From positions 1 through 24,035 of the IMG/VR virus record IMGVR_UViG_3300043452_000034: a stretch of DNA of 24,035 nucleotides; one strand, written 5' to 3'. Shown piece by piece: positions 23,633 through 24,035 of this stretch (positions are counted from its first letter, which is position 1; every line of letters begins with the position of its first letter). Under the pieces are notes generated by a model. That model worked only from the letters and a program-made list of their open reading frames with translations. It did not search any database and had not been told where the DNA came from. Made by a program: the position numbers and the translations under genes. Origin of the DNA: a virus (taxonomy: Duplodnaviria; Caudoviricetes).

Positions 23633-24035
23633 ATGTCAGTACTAAAGACACAGACAGCGCTGATCAAGCATTTAAAGACAATGCTGCCTGCTATCCCCAC
23701 TGCTTACGAATCCGTGAGCTTTACAGCACCTTCAGGGCTGTACCAGAGGGTGCAGTTCAGGGTATCACCTCCAGATGATCCAGTGTTTGGAACAGGTTAT
23801 TATAGGGAGCGCGTTGAGCTTCAAATCTTTGTGTACGGGGAAAGCAACAGAGGTACTGGTGAAGTACTGGCACATGCTGAGCTAATCAGACAGCACTTTA
23901 AGAAAAGTACAACACTGGTAGAGCAAGGACTGTACGTCCATGTTCTGGAAACACCCAGGATCGCTGGCACACAGGTTATTGGCAGCAGAGTTGTTTGCCC
24001 TGTACTAATTCCAACGATTACAGAAGTTGCAAATT
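23633..24035 (+). CDS. Tail terminator protein, runs to window end, not in ORF track
   Basis: ATG 23633 with GAGG. MSVLKTQTALIKHL...PTAYESVSF.AP...LQIFV...GTGE....AE.I..HF is open to the end of the window. Confidence 0.7.
   Translation, partial: MSVLKTQTALIKHLKTMLPAIPTAYESVSFTAPSGLYQRVQFRVSPPDDPVFGTGYYRERVELQIFVYGESNRGTGEVLAHAELIRQHFKKSTTLVEQGLYVHVLETPRIAGTQVIGSRVVCPVLIPTITEVAN

Noticed and set aside
10024-23778. Short antisense or alternate-frame ORFs within structural genes (e.g. 13238..13525, 16473..17000, 23554..23778)
   Set aside because: Shadows of well-supported genes. 23554..23778 is displaced by the tail terminator frame starting at 23633.

Overview
Segment of a tailed dsDNA phage genome, with a siphovirus-like head-tail module. 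No host or integration genes are visible. 1-6.9 kb is a leftward (- strand) accessory/early region. It holds small hypothetical genes, a CX5R phosphatase, a ClpP-like protease, three mosaic paralogs with hypervariable Ala-rich (GCT-repeat) segments, and two transposase-less, TnpB-less IS200/IS605-family mini-elements. The complete copy keeps both ends plus a folded omega/reRNA-like scaffold; the other is cut by the window start. Divergent sigma70-like promoters at about 6.87-6.96 kb switch strand. The + strand then carries a degenerate HNH protein and a tRNA cluster: Met, Asn, Thr, Gly, Glu, a Trp-body tRNA with a TTA stop-reading anticodon, a tRNA-Pro cut by an HNH gene, an anticodon-armless tRNA-like element and a candidate 157-nt structured RNA. 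After that come a domain-duplicated small terminase, large terminase, portal, an inserted GC-richer fibre/appendage module, protease, scaffold, decoration protein, major capsid and head-tail joining genes, with three antisense HNH-AP2 homing endonucleases interspersed. All calls come from reading motifs by eye; no searches were run.
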